Assembly (NCBI RefSeq): GCF_000011805.1
Contig: NC_006841.2
Length of the DNA: 32,000 bases
DNA from: Aliivibrio fischeri ES114
GTDB lineage: Bacteria > Pseudomonadota > Gammaproteobacteria > Enterobacterales > Vibrionaceae
Strand: one strand, 5' to 3'
Below are positions 8,936 through 19,166 of this stretch, in pieces; within the stretch, counting starts at the first letter, position 1; each line of letters opens with the position of its first letter. Made by a program: the position numbers and the translations under genes. The notes beneath the pieces are model-generated. The model did no database searches, was not told the origin of the DNA, and saw nothing but the letters and a program-made list of their open reading frames with translations.

Positions 8936-10477
8936 CTAGCCTAGCTGATTTCCAGCCACCAATTTGCTTTTATTGAACATATTCTCTGGAGTTAATTTAG
9001 CGAGTGTTACTACCAATGTAACCTGCGCTATTAACGCTAATATGAAAATAAGTGGGTTATCAAAAATGCCTGCAATTAGAAAGCTGACAAGTGCGATTCC
9101 ACCATTTAATAATGCATAAGGGAGTTGTGTCTTAAAGTGTTCAAACTGATCACATCCTGCTCCTGTTGAAGATAAGATCGTTGTTTCAGAAATTGGTGAA
9201 CAGTGATCGCCAAACAAACCACCAGAAAGTACAGCACCAATACATACAAACATCGGTGCATCAATTGTGATAGCTGTCGGAATAACCAAATGCATCATAA
9301 TCGCAAATGTTCCCCATGACGATCCCGTAGCAAATGAAATGATCGCTGCCAGTAAAAAAGATACCGCAGGCACTAACCAATATGGAAAGCCGTTTTGAGC
9401 TTGCTCTGCAATATAAGCTGCCGCACCTAACTCTTTACCAACTGAACTCAGAGTCCATGCAAGAATAAGGATGATTGCAACTTGCATCATGTTACCCATT
9501 CCTTTCATGTACACAGAAATACCATCCGATAGACTTCTTACCTTATTCATTGCCATTAAAATAATTAGTGTAAATGCGGCAAAGAAGTAAGCGGTAGACA
9601 AAGCAGAACGAAACACTGAACCAGAGACTTTTTCAAATGGGAAACCTAGAGGTGCAAGCATAAATACCAAAACAGCTCCCATCACCAATAGCGGTGCCCA
9701 TACAAACGAGGCTTTTGCATTTTTATGCGTGAATATTTCTTTTGAAATATCAGACGACGCATGAAGTTCGCCCTTACTTGCTATCGCTTCAGCTTTTGCC
9801 ATTGGGCCAAAATCCAATTTCTTTAATGCGACAAGTGGAACAATCGCTATCGCTAAAATTGCGTAGAATTGATATGGAATTGCGCCTAAAAATGCATCCC
9901 AATCTGTAATATCAGTGACATTTAATGCAGTAAATTCTTTCTGAATTAACCCCATGATATACACACCCCAACCAATGAATGGAATTAAAATAGCCACAGG
10001 TGATGAGGTTGAATCAATAATGAAGGCCAGCTTTTGACGAGAGATTTTTAATTTATCGAAAAGAGGACGAAAAACTGGACCAACAATTAATGGCGTACCT
10101 AAATCAGAGAAGAAAATGATGATCCCCCCTAGCCATGCCGAGGTTTGTGCCTGAAATTTACTTTTTACCCAAAGCGTTACTTTTTCTGCAAATGCAAGGC
10201 CACCACCCGACTTTTCCATTAGCGCAACAAACCCACCAATGAAAACCAGCAATACAATCACTCCGGCATTATAGCTATCTGTTAGTTGAGGAGAGATATA
10301 ACTTTTAACCATAACACCAAATGTTTCAAACGGGCCAAGCGTGGTAAACAAACCGTTTAGCATTGCTACTCCACTCAAAACACCCGCAAAAAGACCAACC
10401 ACCACATTACGCGTCGTTAACGAGATAATCAGCGTTATAGCAATGGGGATAAGGGAAGTAATGTCTGTCTGTTCCAT
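8936..10477 (-). CDS. Na+/H+ antiporter, NhaC family-type membrane transporter
   Basis: Multi-TM protein with family-typical GDHCSPISETTILSSTGAGCDQFEH. The ATG at 10477 (MEQTDITS...) has SD AAGGAA; ORF track start 10522 is probably too long. Confidence 0.8.
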   Translation of the reverse strand: MEQTDITSLIPIAITLIISLTTRNVVVGLFAGVLSGVAMLNGLFTTLGPFETFGVMVKSYISPQLTDSYNAGVIVLLVFIGGFVALMEKSGGGLAFAEKVTLWVKSKFQAQTSAWLGGIIIFFSDLGTPLIVGPVFRPLFDKLKISRQKLAFIIDSTSSPVAILIPFIGWGVYIMGLIQKEFTALNVTDITDWDAFLGAIPYQFYAILAIAIVPLVALKKLDFGPMAKAEAIASKGELHASSDISKEIFTHKNAKASFVWAPLLVMGAVLVFMLAPLGFPFEKVSGSVFRSALSTAYFFAAFTLIILMAMNKVRSLSDGISVYMKGMGNMMQVAIILILAWTLSSVGKELGAAAYIAEQAQNGFPYWLVPAVSFLLAAIISFATGSSWGTFAIMMHLVIPTAITIDAPMFVCIGAVLSGGLFGDHCSPISETTILSSTGAGCDQFEHFKTQLPYALLNGGIALVSFLIAGIFDNPLIFILALIAQVTLVVTLAKLTPENMFNKSKLVAGNQLG

Positions 10478-10809
10478 AGTAACGTTCCTTTTTATACTGC
10501 AAAAGAGTAAATACTTATTCAATTAAATTGACTATATATTTCACAATCACAAATGTATAGTTTTTTATTCACTTTTTATGAGTTTAAATTCACGCGTGTA
10601 TCGAGAGTCTCATTTTAGAAATCACAAGATATTCACCAAAAAGCACTCCAAGCAAAAAAACCATTCATAGAACATATAAACCAAGGGTCGCCGATACTTT
10701 ATTTTATAAAAGTGCTTGATTAGCAGCAATTTTAGGTTTTCACCTCTTTTCTATTAGCTACAGATATTCTTCAATCATTCATAAGCTGCTTAATTAAGAG
10801 AGCAAGGAT

Positions 10810-11280
10810 ATGCCTAGATTAATTACGTTAATGATTATCTTATGTTTAGCATTTAATAGTTATGCAAAGGAAACCATTTGGACAGATGACAATATTCATT
10901 TCAATTCTCTAATCTATGCTCAAAATTCTGATGATGCCTTCATCCAATCCGTAGTAACTTACGATTGCAAAAAAATTGAAATTTCGGTGGGATTTAATGA
11001 AGCGCCTCAATCATCTTTAACGGCAGTGATTAATAACAAAACGATCAGACTCAATAAATTTGGGGTCAATTATTATGGATATGCCGTATACAAACCAAAA
11101 AGTGAAACGGCAGAAGAATTGTTATTAGATCAATTTAGACAAGAAGCACCGATTCATTTAGTCGATGCTCTTGGAGATAGCTATTACTTCACTACTCAAT
11201 ATTACTCTCAAGCAATGAAACATAGACTCACCGCATGCTTAAAAAATAGAGATAAGTATTCACTACAAAATAATAGCTAA
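10810..11280 (+). CDS. Small predicted secreted/periplasmic protein, unknown function
   Basis: 156 aa, N-terminal MPRLITLMIILCLAFNSYAKE signal-peptide-like, start preceded by AGAGAGCAAGG. Confidence 0.6.
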   Translation: MPRLITLMIILCLAFNSYAKETIWTDDNIHFNSLIYAQNSDDAFIQSVVTYDCKKIEISVGFNEAPQSSLTAVINNKTIRLNKFGVNYYGYAVYKPKSETAEELLLDQFRQEAPIHLVDALGDSYYFTTQYYSQAMKHRLTACLKNRDKYSLQNNS

Positions 11281-12189
11281 TTAATAATGATGAGATTCTT
11301 TCATTGCTTTCTTGAAGCATTCCGCTGCTTTTAGAAAAACAGGCCCTTTATCTGAATTTTGGCTACTGATTAGCCCACATCCCCATGAGATATCCCCATC
11401 AAAAAATGCCACATCACATCGCTTTATTTGATTAGATTTTACATACGGCTCTGCAAGATGGATTGGTAGAATACTCCATGCCAGTTGGGATGCTTCCAAG
11501 CACGATATAAGAAAATCATTACGAGTTAAAACCTGATAATTAGCACTGAATATCGCTACGTTATCAAGCTCGGCTGAGAGTAAACTTTGCAATATTAACT
11601 GTTTCTTTGTTTGCATTAACTGAAGCGAACATGGCTCATGATCAAGTAATTCAGAATTAACACTTACATACACACCAAAATGTATTGAACCAATATTAAT
11701 CCCTGCAAGACCTTCATGTGGCTTACTACGATAGGATATTAGCTGTAACGTCAGGTCTACCTTTCCTTCTTGAATTGATTGAATAGCGAGATCCTTTTGT
11801 TGCGATAAGTAATTCACTCTCGTATATGGAAATGCATTCGATAACTCTTGTTCTGTTTTCACCAGTACTGACATCGGCATTGTTTCGTCATAACTGATGG
11901 TCAAACTGTCTTCTATATCGCTACCTATATTATTTGCAATATTTTGAACTTCTAAACGTTGTTCCAGTAGCAATGTCGCATACTTATATAAACGTGTAGC
12001 ATCTGGGGATAGCTTTGGCGTTTTTCCTTCTCGATTAAATAGTTCAACCCCCCAATCTATCTCAAGAAATGCAACCAATTGATGAACCGTTGATCTGTCT
12101 TTTTTAAGCTTTCTTGCTGCAGCACTAAAAGATCCTTGCTCTACCACCGTAGCAAATGCTTCTAATTGGTCAAAAGTAAATGTCGCCAT
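11281..12189 (-). CDS. LysR family transcriptional regulator
   Basis: N-terminal HTH FDQLEAFATVVEQGSFSAAARKLKKDRSTVHQLVAFLEIDWGVELFNR. ATG at 12189 has GGTGGAG upstream; ORF track start 12204 lies in a palindrome. Confidence 0.88.
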   Translation of the reverse strand: MATFTFDQLEAFATVVEQGSFSAAARKLKKDRSTVHQLVAFLEIDWGVELFNREGKTPKLSPDATRLYKYATLLLEQRLEVQNIANNIGSDIEDSLTISYDETMPMSVLVKTEQELSNAFPYTRVNYLSQQKDLAIQSIQEGKVDLTLQLISYRSKPHEGLAGINIGSIHFGVYVSVNSELLDHEPCSLQLMQTKKQLILQSLLSAELDNVAIFSANYQVLTRNDFLISCLEASQLAWSILPIHLAEPYVKSNQIKRCDVAFFDGDISWGCGLISSQNSDKGPVFLKAAECFKKAMKESHHY

Positions 12190-12202
12190 AATTCTCCACC
12201 TC

Positions 12203-12223
12203 ATGTTGGGTTAATCCCAACAT
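12203..12223. promoter_or_regulatory. Perfect inverted repeat ATGTTGGG-TTAAT-CCCAACAT in the divergent LysR/hydrolase intergenic region
   Basis: 8-bp perfect arms read directly from sequence. Confidence 0.6.
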
Positions 12224-12302
12224 ACCAGAGATTACATGTGCGATAAAGCACGCAATAATAGCCATATTGATGAAACACATCCTCTTCCATTAAGGAGAAA
12301 CA

Positions 12303-13343
12303 ATGATGAAACGTTCTTTTATTTCGACTGCTTTAATTGGTGCACTTACTTTGTCTGCCATTGCTCCAGCAGCACAAGCATGTACTCGTATACTCTGGAA
12401 GACACAAGATCACGGTACGTTTGTCACTAGAACAATGGATTGGTCAGAACAAACACATCCACATTTAATGAATTTCCCTGCTGGTAGCTCTTATTTAGCT
12501 CACAGTGAAAAATCAAATAAAGTGACATCTAAATACGATGTAACAGGCTTAACTACCTACGGTTTTATTACTGATGGTGTTAACTCGAAAGGTTTAAGTG
12601 GTAATGTTTTGTATGATGGTGAAATGGATTTAGCCGTTAAATCATCAAACAAAAATGGTTCATTAACTTACTTACGTAATATGCTGTCACAGTATCAATC
12701 AGTGAATGAAGTTGTTGCCGCAATCAATGAAGGGGCTCCTTCTATTGAGTTTGTTGAAGGAGTACCGATTCGTATTGCTCTTCACATCTCATTTCAAGAT
12801 ACCACAGGCGATAGTGCAATTGTTGAATGGAGAAATGGAAAACCTCAAGTATGGCATGGTAAGCAATACACCGTAATGACAAACCAACCAGGCTACGCAC
12901 AGCATCTTGCTAATGTAGAGCGTTCAAAACGTGGTTGGGGTGAAAAAGATAAACAATGGAGTCAAACCAATCTTGGCACAGGCGGCAATACCAACCCAGA
13001 AGACCGTTTTATTCATGCGACTTACTTTTCTGGTCACTTAACTGAACCAAGCAGTGTAATAAACGGTATTTTAAAATTAGATTCAACGAGCTTTAAAATC
13101 CCTCACGATGCACCAAATAAAATGATCAATGGAAAAATGGCGGGATATGCGACGGAGTACTCTGTAAATCGTCACCTTGATTCTGGTGAAACAGTAGTCC
13201 GCTATCAGTGGGGCGATGCATTTAATCAAGTGCAATATAATGTTAAAGAAATTCAAAAATCAGGCGAGAATATTGCGTTTGATATATCAAAGCCAGGGCT
13301 TTCAGGAAATATAACTCAGACAGTAATTAACAACGCTCGATGA
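12303..13343 (+). CDS. Choloylglycine hydrolase / penicillin V acylase family Ntn hydrolase, exported
   Basis: Signal peptide SALIAPAAQA-like followed by CTRILW (candidate N-terminal nucleophile Cys), DWSEQTHPHLMNFPAG, SD AAGGAG upstream. Confidence 0.85.
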   Translation: MMKRSFISTALIGALTLSAIAPAAQACTRILWKTQDHGTFVTRTMDWSEQTHPHLMNFPAGSSYLAHSEKSNKVTSKYDVTGLTTYGFITDGVNSKGLSGNVLYDGEMDLAVKSSNKNGSLTYLRNMLSQYQSVNEVVAAINEGAPSIEFVEGVPIRIALHISFQDTTGDSAIVEWRNGKPQVWHGKQYTVMTNQPGYAQHLANVERSKRGWGEKDKQWSQTNLGTGGNTNPEDRFIHATYFSGHLTEPSSVINGILKLDSTSFKIPHDAPNKMINGKMAGYATEYSVNRHLDSGETVVRYQWGDAFNQVQYNVKEIQKSGENIAFDISKPGLSGNITQTVINNAR

Positions 13344-13381
13344 GATAAAAGATTCTCATAAGGGTGAGAATACTAAGACCA

Positions 13382-13412
13382 AAGCCGAATGTATTTACCA
13401 TTCGGCTTTTTA
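13382..13412 (+). terminator. Rho-independent terminator
   Basis: AAGCCGAATG-TATTTAC-CATTCGGCTT followed by TTTATTTTAT. Confidence 0.75.
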
Positions 13413-13419
13413 TTTTATC

Positions 13420-14397
13420 TTATTTATCAGCAGGAAAAACCACACCAGTTTGTTTGCGGATTTCTGAGGTTACTTTTGATATAAGCAATGAACGCTCAAC
13501 CGCTTGTATATCCATTTGATTCGATTCAACTTGCTCGGAAAATTTAAACGCTTCATAAAACATTGGATTGGCGTTTTGTTCAAGGGTCAAGTCTTCAGTT
13601 TCTCCACCACGGTTTACTTTCGTTACTTTTTGGCCAATAGAGATCATCTCAGCTAAGATCGCCCCCTCTTCACCTTGAATCTCACTAGGTACATAAGAAT
13701 CACTGGTCTTAGAGTGCATAACAACAACATCAAAGCCATCATAACCACAAATGATACTGCCGTTACCATCAACACCTGAATCTAGTAGATGCGCCTGTGC
13801 TTGAATGGATTTTGGCTCACCAAATAACTCAACCATAGAACCAACACAATAAAAACCGATGTCCATAATCGAGCCATTTGAAAACTCAGGATTAAAAGTA
13901 TTTGGGTTTTCACCATTAAGGTATTTAGGGTAACGAGAAGAATACTGACAATAAGTGATGTGCGCTTTTCTAATAGCCCCTAAACTTGGCAAGTGCGACT
14001 TAATTTGCTGAAAGTTAGGTAAATATGGCGACATAAAGGCTTCAAACAGCACCACGTTATTTTCTTGTGCGGTTTGATAAGCGAGTTGTGCTTCTTGATA
14101 ATTTGAAGCGATTGGCTTTTCACAAATGACGTGTTTGCCATGCTTCATCATCTTAATAGATTGTGGCGCATGAAATGAATTCGGACTTGCGATGTACACC
14201 GCATCTACTTCATCACACGCCGCTAATTTATCTAAACAATCAAAGGTTAAAGTGACACTAAATTTATCTGCAAATGCTTTAGCTTGTTCAAGTGAGCGTG
14301 AATACACTGCAGATATTTGATATTTACCACTTTCTAGTGCAGCCGCTAAAAATCGTTCTGTGATCCAGTTAGTTCCAATAACAGCAAGTTTTATCAT
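13420..14397 (-). CDS. Gfo/Idh/MocA family NAD(P)-dependent oxidoreductase
   Basis: MIKLAVIGTNWITERFLAAAL...DAVYIASPNSFHAPQSIKMMKHGKHVICEKPIA is the characteristic N-terminal signature. Confidence 0.88.
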   Translation of the reverse strand: MIKLAVIGTNWITERFLAAALESGKYQISAVYSRSLEQAKAFADKFSVTLTFDCLDKLAACDEVDAVYIASPNSFHAPQSIKMMKHGKHVICEKPIASNYQEAQLAYQTAQENNVVLFEAFMSPYLPNFQQIKSHLPSLGAIRKAHITYCQYSSRYPKYLNGENPNTFNPEFSNGSIMDIGFYCVGSMVELFGEPKSIQAQAHLLDSGVDGNGSIICGYDGFDVVVMHSKTSDSYVPSEIQGEEGAILAEMISIGQKVTKVNRGGETEDLTLEQNANPMFYEAFKFSEQVESNQMDIQAVERSLLISKVTSEIRKQTGVVFPADK

Positions 14398-14427
14398 GAT
14401 CCTATCTCTTTATTGATTTTATTTTGT

Positions 14428-14775
14428 TTATTTCGCTTGAAGTGCCTGAGCTTTAAATTGAACACCCGCCCAACCAGTTACCATAAAATTGCGAATGTTT
14501 TGATGATCATCCCCTTGTGGATTTTCTAATACATCCTGACGATAATATTGCCCAAAACACGCTAATGTTTGATCTACACTGAGTTGATTTAATAAAGCGA
14601 AAGCAAAAATCTTACATGAGCCATTATTTTGATCAGCCAAATTAACCGTATTACCATTCGCAAATTCTGTTGGTGTAAACTCATAGTGAGACTCTATCAC
14701 GGCCATGGTTTCGGTAAATTCAATCAATTCAGGCTGTGTGCTTAGTTTTTCAATAAATGCGTTTAACGTCATCAT
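14428..14775 (-). CDS. HopJ-family protein
   Basis: Small protein with FTPTEFANG...NNGSCKIFAFALLNQL and typical HopJ-family layout. Confidence 0.75.
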   Translation of the reverse strand: MMTLNAFIEKLSTQPELIEFTETMAVIESHYEFTPTEFANGNTVNLADQNNGSCKIFAFALLNQLSVDQTLACFGQYYRQDVLENPQGDDHQNIRNFMVTGWAGVQFKAQALQAK

Positions 14776-14851
14776 GACTTCCTTTTATCAACTGGTTTTT
14801 ATCTAAATCCAATACAAAAAAACCTAGATAGACGTTCTACCTAGGTTTCAA

Positions 14852-15130
14852 TTATTTCGCTAATACATCTTGCCACTGTGGGTTTTTATTCATGTAATGA
14901 ACCACATAAGAGCAGACAGGCACAATCAATAAATTGGATGTTCTCATCTCATGTAAGAACGACTCCATCATTACTTTGCCGTAGCCTTTTCCTTGTAGCT
15001 CATCAGGGATCCGCGTGCTTATTACATCAAGAATATTACCTTTCTTTTCGTAGTAAACTTTGGCAACTGCATCGCCTTCCAGAGCAATTAAGTAACATTT
15101 ATTATCAGGATCATGAGTTATCATATTCAT
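14852..15130 (-). CDS. Small GNAT-like N-acetyltransferase
   Basis: 92 aa with DVISTRIPDELQGKGYGKVMMESFLHEMR acetyl-CoA-binding-like motif and VPVCSYVVHYMNKNPQW. Confidence 0.75.
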   Translation of the reverse strand: MNMITHDPDNKCYLIALEGDAVAKVYYEKKGNILDVISTRIPDELQGKGYGKVMMESFLHEMRTSNLLIVPVCSYVVHYMNKNPQWQDVLAK

Positions 15131-15170
15131 ACCTACATTCCCTCTTCCTTCTTAAGTACAACTACTTTAA

Positions 15171-16349
15171 TCAGTTCCACTTAAAAATGCGAGTTTCGTT
15201 TCCTTCTTGTGGCGCTTCTGGGATATTTAACGACAATAAGAATGAAATAAAGGCCATTCCAGCACCTACGTAAAACACAGCGGCTGGTGATACAAGCCAT
15301 ATCAAGCCAAAGCTCACAGGGATAACCACGGCTGCAATATGGTTGATAGTAAAGGCTACTCCAGCCGTTGATGCCATATCAGCAGGATCGGCAATTTTTT
15401 GGAAATAGGTTTTAATCGCTAATGCTAAAGCAAAAAACAGATGGTCAATAATGTACAATGCTGCTGCCATTTCCGAGGTTTGTACCAATGCATAACCAAC
15501 AAAAACAAAAATCAGACCGATGTATTCAAACATAAGAGCTTTGCGCTCACCAACAACACCAATCCAACGTCCAATCTTTTTAGCAAATAACCAGTTAAAT
15601 ACGTAGTTGGCTAAAAACAATAACGTGATTTCAGAAGCCGAATACCCGAACTTCTCAACCATTAAGAAGCCAGCAAACACCATAAAGATCTGACGACGAG
15701 CACCACTCATGAAGGTTAATGCGTAATACAACCAATAACGCTTACGCAGTACCAATTTCTTGGTTTGTTGTGTTTCGGTTTCAAAATTTGGAAACGATAA
15801 CCACATGAAGATCGTCACGATTAATGCAATTGAGCCTGCAATGAAGTAAATCCATTTAAACTCTAATTGTACTAATTCAAGCAATACCCATAACACGCCA
15901 TAAGTACATAAAGAAGCAAGCGCACCGATAGAGATAAGTTTACCGAGCATCTCTGGGGCTTCTTCTTTGGTTAGCCATTGCAATGATAATGATTGCTTTA
16001 AGGTTTCAAAATAGTGAAAACCCACCGACATCAATAATGTTGTGCATAATAAGCCATATACACTTGGGAAGAACCCAGTAATAGCAACACCTACCGCTAA
16101 CATCACCAAAGAGAGGATCATGAACTTCTGCTCACGAATAAAAAGAAGGACGAATACAGCGGTAAATGCAAGAAAGCCAGGGATCTCACGGACACTTTGT
16201 AATAAACCAATGTCCGCCCCAGTAAAAGCGGCTTTTTCGATAACAAAGTTATTTAAAAGTGCATTCCATGTAGAGAAAGCAATAGGAACAACAATAGATA
16301 TTAAAATCAAAAACGTTTTGGGATTTCTCCACTGAGCTAGGCTCGACAT
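15171..16349 (-). CDS. MFS transporter
   Basis: 392-aa polytopic protein with about 12 hydrophobic segments. Confidence 0.75.
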   Translation of the reverse strand: MSSLAQWRNPKTFLILISIVVPIAFSTWNALLNNFVIEKAAFTGADIGLLQSVREIPGFLAFTAVFVLLFIREQKFMILSLVMLAVGVAITGFFPSVYGLLCTTLLMSVGFHYFETLKQSLSLQWLTKEEAPEMLGKLISIGALASLCTYGVLWVLLELVQLEFKWIYFIAGSIALIVTIFMWLSFPNFETETQQTKKLVLRKRYWLYYALTFMSGARRQIFMVFAGFLMVEKFGYSASEITLLFLANYVFNWLFAKKIGRWIGVVGERKALMFEYIGLIFVFVGYALVQTSEMAAALYIIDHLFFALALAIKTYFQKIADPADMASTAGVAFTINHIAAVVIPVSFGLIWLVSPAAVFYVGAGMAFISFLLSLNIPEAPQEGNETRIFKWN

Positions 16350-16433
16350 GATAGTGACTCTTATTAATATTTAGATTTACACACTGTAACATATTTCGTT
16401 GAAACATCGTCTTAACGCATGGCGATCTTTACT

Positions 16434-17330
16434 TTATTTACCTTTTAATAATGAGACTAAGTACTGAATACTTTCTGATACTTGTTCTGTTTTGGTATAA
16501 ATCCCAACACTGCCTGATTTTTCTGATCCTTGTGGAAGCGTCACAATTCCCAACTCCGCCATTTTTTCTTTAACTTGATCGGTATAAGGCATGATCGCAT
16601 CACTGGTTTTTAGCATATCAATACTGGCTTTTAAGGAGTTAAGTTCATACACAACTCCTGTTTTTTGCTGTTTAAGATTGAACGCTTCCATACCTTCATC
16701 ATTCAAAATCTTCGTGTGTCTGATGTGATCAGGAGTAACTTTTATTAAAGGGTAATTATCCAACTCATTTGATGTTAGATCATTTGATAACAATGGATGC
16801 CCTTCCCTTACAAACCACGCTTCTTGTTCGATAAATAAAGGCATAAACAATACACGATGTCTTGGATCGATATTTTCAATTTCATGGCCGATAAAAAGAT
16901 CAATATCACCATTGAGTAATTGATTTAACATAGAGAGGCCATTACCAAACTCGATATACATTGAGTTATTTGGATGCTGCTCCACAAATTGTTTAATCAC
17001 TTCAGAAGCAAAACACTCCCACCACGCCTCACCAATACCTAACTTTATCTTACCCTGACTTCTGGCTTTCATGTCGGTCAGTTGATGCATCATTTGACTG
17101 TGTTTTTCAAACAAATCTTGTACATAACGATAATAAAGCCAGCCAGAGCTTGTCAGTTCAACCCCTTTGGATTTTCGATGAAACAAAATCACATCTAAGT
17201 TTTCTTCTAGTTTCTTAATTGCTGTCGTTAATGTCGGTTGACTAATAAACAGTTTTTCAGAAGCGCCTTTAATGCTGCCTTGACGAGCCACTTCATAAAA
17301 ATAGCGTGATGATTTATCCATAATAAACAC
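16434..17330 (-). CDS. LysR family transcriptional regulator
   Basis: N-terminal HTH RYFYEVARQGSIKGASEKLFISQPTLTTAIKKLEENLDVILFHR. Confidence 0.88.
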   Translation of the reverse strand: MFIMDKSSRYFYEVARQGSIKGASEKLFISQPTLTTAIKKLEENLDVILFHRKSKGVELTSSGWLYYRYVQDLFEKHSQMMHQLTDMKARSQGKIKLGIGEAWWECFASEVIKQFVEQHPNNSMYIEFGNGLSMLNQLLNGDIDLFIGHEIENIDPRHRVLFMPLFIEQEAWFVREGHPLLSNDLTSNELDNYPLIKVTPDHIRHTKILNDEGMEAFNLKQQKTGVVYELNSLKASIDMLKTSDAIMPYTDQVKEKMAELGIVTLPQGSEKSGSVGIYTKTEQVSESIQYLVSLLKGK

Positions 17331-17465
17331 TCAGTAATTATTCTGACTTCACAATACCCATGATATAAATTTTTTCTATATCAGAGTTCAAATTATCAAT
17401 TATTCATCACCGTTTTTTTTCGCTATATTGCGTTTAATTTCTTTTAGTTAGTGGAATAAAAAAAT

Positions 17466-19097
17466 ATGGAAAAGCGTTGGTGGCATAACAGTGTTGTATA
17501 TCAAATTTACCCTCGTAGCTTCTGTGACTCAAATAATGATGGTATTGGTGATCTACAAGGTATTATTAGTAAACTGGATTACTTGCAAGGTCTTGGTATT
17601 GATGTCATTTGGCTTTCTCCTGTTTATCAATCTCCAATGGATGATAACGGTTACGATATCTCTGATTATCAAGCGATTGCGGCTGAATTTGGCACCATGG
17701 AAGACATGAAGCGTTTAATGCAACAAGCAGAAGATCGCGGCATTAAAGTGGTAATGGATTTAGTGGTTAACCACACATCGGACGAACACGCTTGGTTTGT
17801 TGAAGCAAAAAGCGATAAAAATAGTCAATACCGTGATTTTTATATCTGGCGTGATACGGATGAAAACGGCGAAGCACCCAGTGACATTGGATCCATTTTT
17901 GGTGGTTCAGCATGGCAGTGGGATGAAGAAAATCAACAATACTATTTTCACTTATTCTCTAAACGCCAACCAGATTTAAACTGGGAGAACCCAGAAGTTC
18001 ACCAAAAAGTATTTGATATGATGAACTGGTGGATTGACCAAGGTATTGGTGGCTTCCGTCTAGATGTTATCGATTTAATCGGCAAAGAAGTCGACAAGAA
18101 AATCACAGGTGATGGCGAGCGTCTGCACCCTCTTCTTCAAAAAATGAACCAAGCGACATTCGGTGATAAAGACTTGCTTACGGTGGGCGAAACATGGGGA
18201 GCAACACCTGAAAGCGCTCAACTTTATAGTGATCCTGCTCGTCATGAGCTATCGATGGTGTTCCAGTTTGAACACATTACCCTACTTTGGGAAGATGGCG
18301 ATAAATGGAAACCTAAACCACTTGATCTCGCCCTATTTAAACAAGTGATGACCAAATGGCAAGTAGAGCTAAACAATAAAGGTTGGAACTCGCTATTTTG
18401 GAATAACCACGATTTACCTCGTGTTGTCTCTAAATACGGTTGTGATGGCCAATATCGTGTTGAGTCGGCAAAAATGCTGGCAACGACTCTGCATATGATG
18501 AAAGGCACGCCTTATATTTTCCAAGGTGAAGAGATCGGCATGACGAACGTCGCATTCGATACATTAGAAGAGTACAAAGACATTGAAACGTTGAACTTCT
18601 ATCGAGTAAAAACCGAATCAGGTGTAAGTCATGAGAGCATGATGAAAGGGATCCATGCCAATAGCCGTGACAATGCGCGCGCACCAATGCACTGGGATAA
18701 CTCTGATAATGCAGGATTTACTCAAGGTACACCTTGGATCAAACTGAACCCGAATTACCCTGAGATCAACGTTGCCGCAGCGCTAGAAGATAAAAACTCA
18801 ATCTTCTATCACTATCAAAAACTGATCGCTCTAAGAAAGCAGAACCCTGTGATTGTATATGGTGATTTCATTCCTCTGTTTGAAACGCACTCTGCCGTGT
18901 TTGCTTATGAGCGTAAAGATAACGACCAACACTTAGTCGTGCTAAATAACTTTAGTGCAGAGCCACAAACATTAGCATTGCCTGAGCATATTGCTAACCG
19001 CTCTGTAGAATGCTTAATCAGTAATCTTGAACCAACAACACAATTAGGCTCTGAGTTGATATTAGCACCTTATCAAAGCTTGGTTTTAGCGCTTTAA
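17466..19097 (+). CDS. GH13 alpha-glucosidase (oligo-1,6-glucosidase type)
   Basis: WWHNSVVYQIYPRSFCDSNNDGIGDLQGI, GFRLDVIDLIGKE, WNNHDLPRVVSKYG, FYRVKTESG; SD upstream. Confidence 0.9.
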   Translation: MEKRWWHNSVVYQIYPRSFCDSNNDGIGDLQGIISKLDYLQGLGIDVIWLSPVYQSPMDDNGYDISDYQAIAAEFGTMEDMKRLMQQAEDRGIKVVMDLVVNHTSDEHAWFVEAKSDKNSQYRDFYIWRDTDENGEAPSDIGSIFGGSAWQWDEENQQYYFHLFSKRQPDLNWENPEVHQKVFDMMNWWIDQGIGGFRLDVIDLIGKEVDKKITGDGERLHPLLQKMNQATFGDKDLLTVGETWGATPESAQLYSDPARHELSMVFQFEHITLLWEDGDKWKPKPLDLALFKQVMTKWQVELNNKGWNSLFWNNHDLPRVVSKYGCDGQYRVESAKMLATTLHMMKGTPYIFQGEEIGMTNVAFDTLEEYKDIETLNFYRVKTESGVSHESMMKGIHANSRDNARAPMHWDNSDNAGFTQGTPWIKLNPNYPEINVAAALEDKNSIFYHYQKLIALRKQNPVIVYGDFIPLFETHSAVFAYERKDNDQHLVVLNNFSAEPQTLALPEHIANRSVECLISNLEPTTQLGSELILAPYQSLVLAL

Positions 19098-19119
19098 ACC
19101 TATATTTTGAACTGCCTAA

Positions 19120-19160
19120 TAGCGCCCTATTACTTTCATTGGTATAGGGCGTTACTTTTT
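19120..19160. terminator. Hairpin terminator between the alpha-glucosidase gene and the LytTR gene
   Basis: CGCCCTAT (19123-19130) pairs with ATAGGGCG (19144-19151), followed by TTACTTTTT. Confidence 0.6.
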
Positions 19161-19166
19161 GCATTA

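Noticed and set aside
10341-10526. Plus-strand ORF over the antiporter start
   Set aside because: Antisense to the well-supported antiporter N-terminus; no independent support.
12236-12430. 64-aa plus-strand ORF overlapping the hydrolase start
   Set aside because: Overlaps the well-supported signal-peptide-coding start of the 12303 gene in another frame.
14428-14775. HopJ-family protein might indicate a type III effector
   Set aside because: The family name comes from a plant pathogen protein, but homologues are widespread in bacteria without an associated T3SS. No secretion genes are nearby, so it is treated as an ordinary uncharacterised cytosolic protein.
15171-17330. MFS transporter plus LysR gene as a special drug-resistance island
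   Set aside because: A common pairing with no distinguishing features visible in the sequence.
17491-18687. Several small ORFs within the alpha-glucosidase gene on both strands
   Set aside because: They are embedded in a strongly supported GH13 coding sequence.
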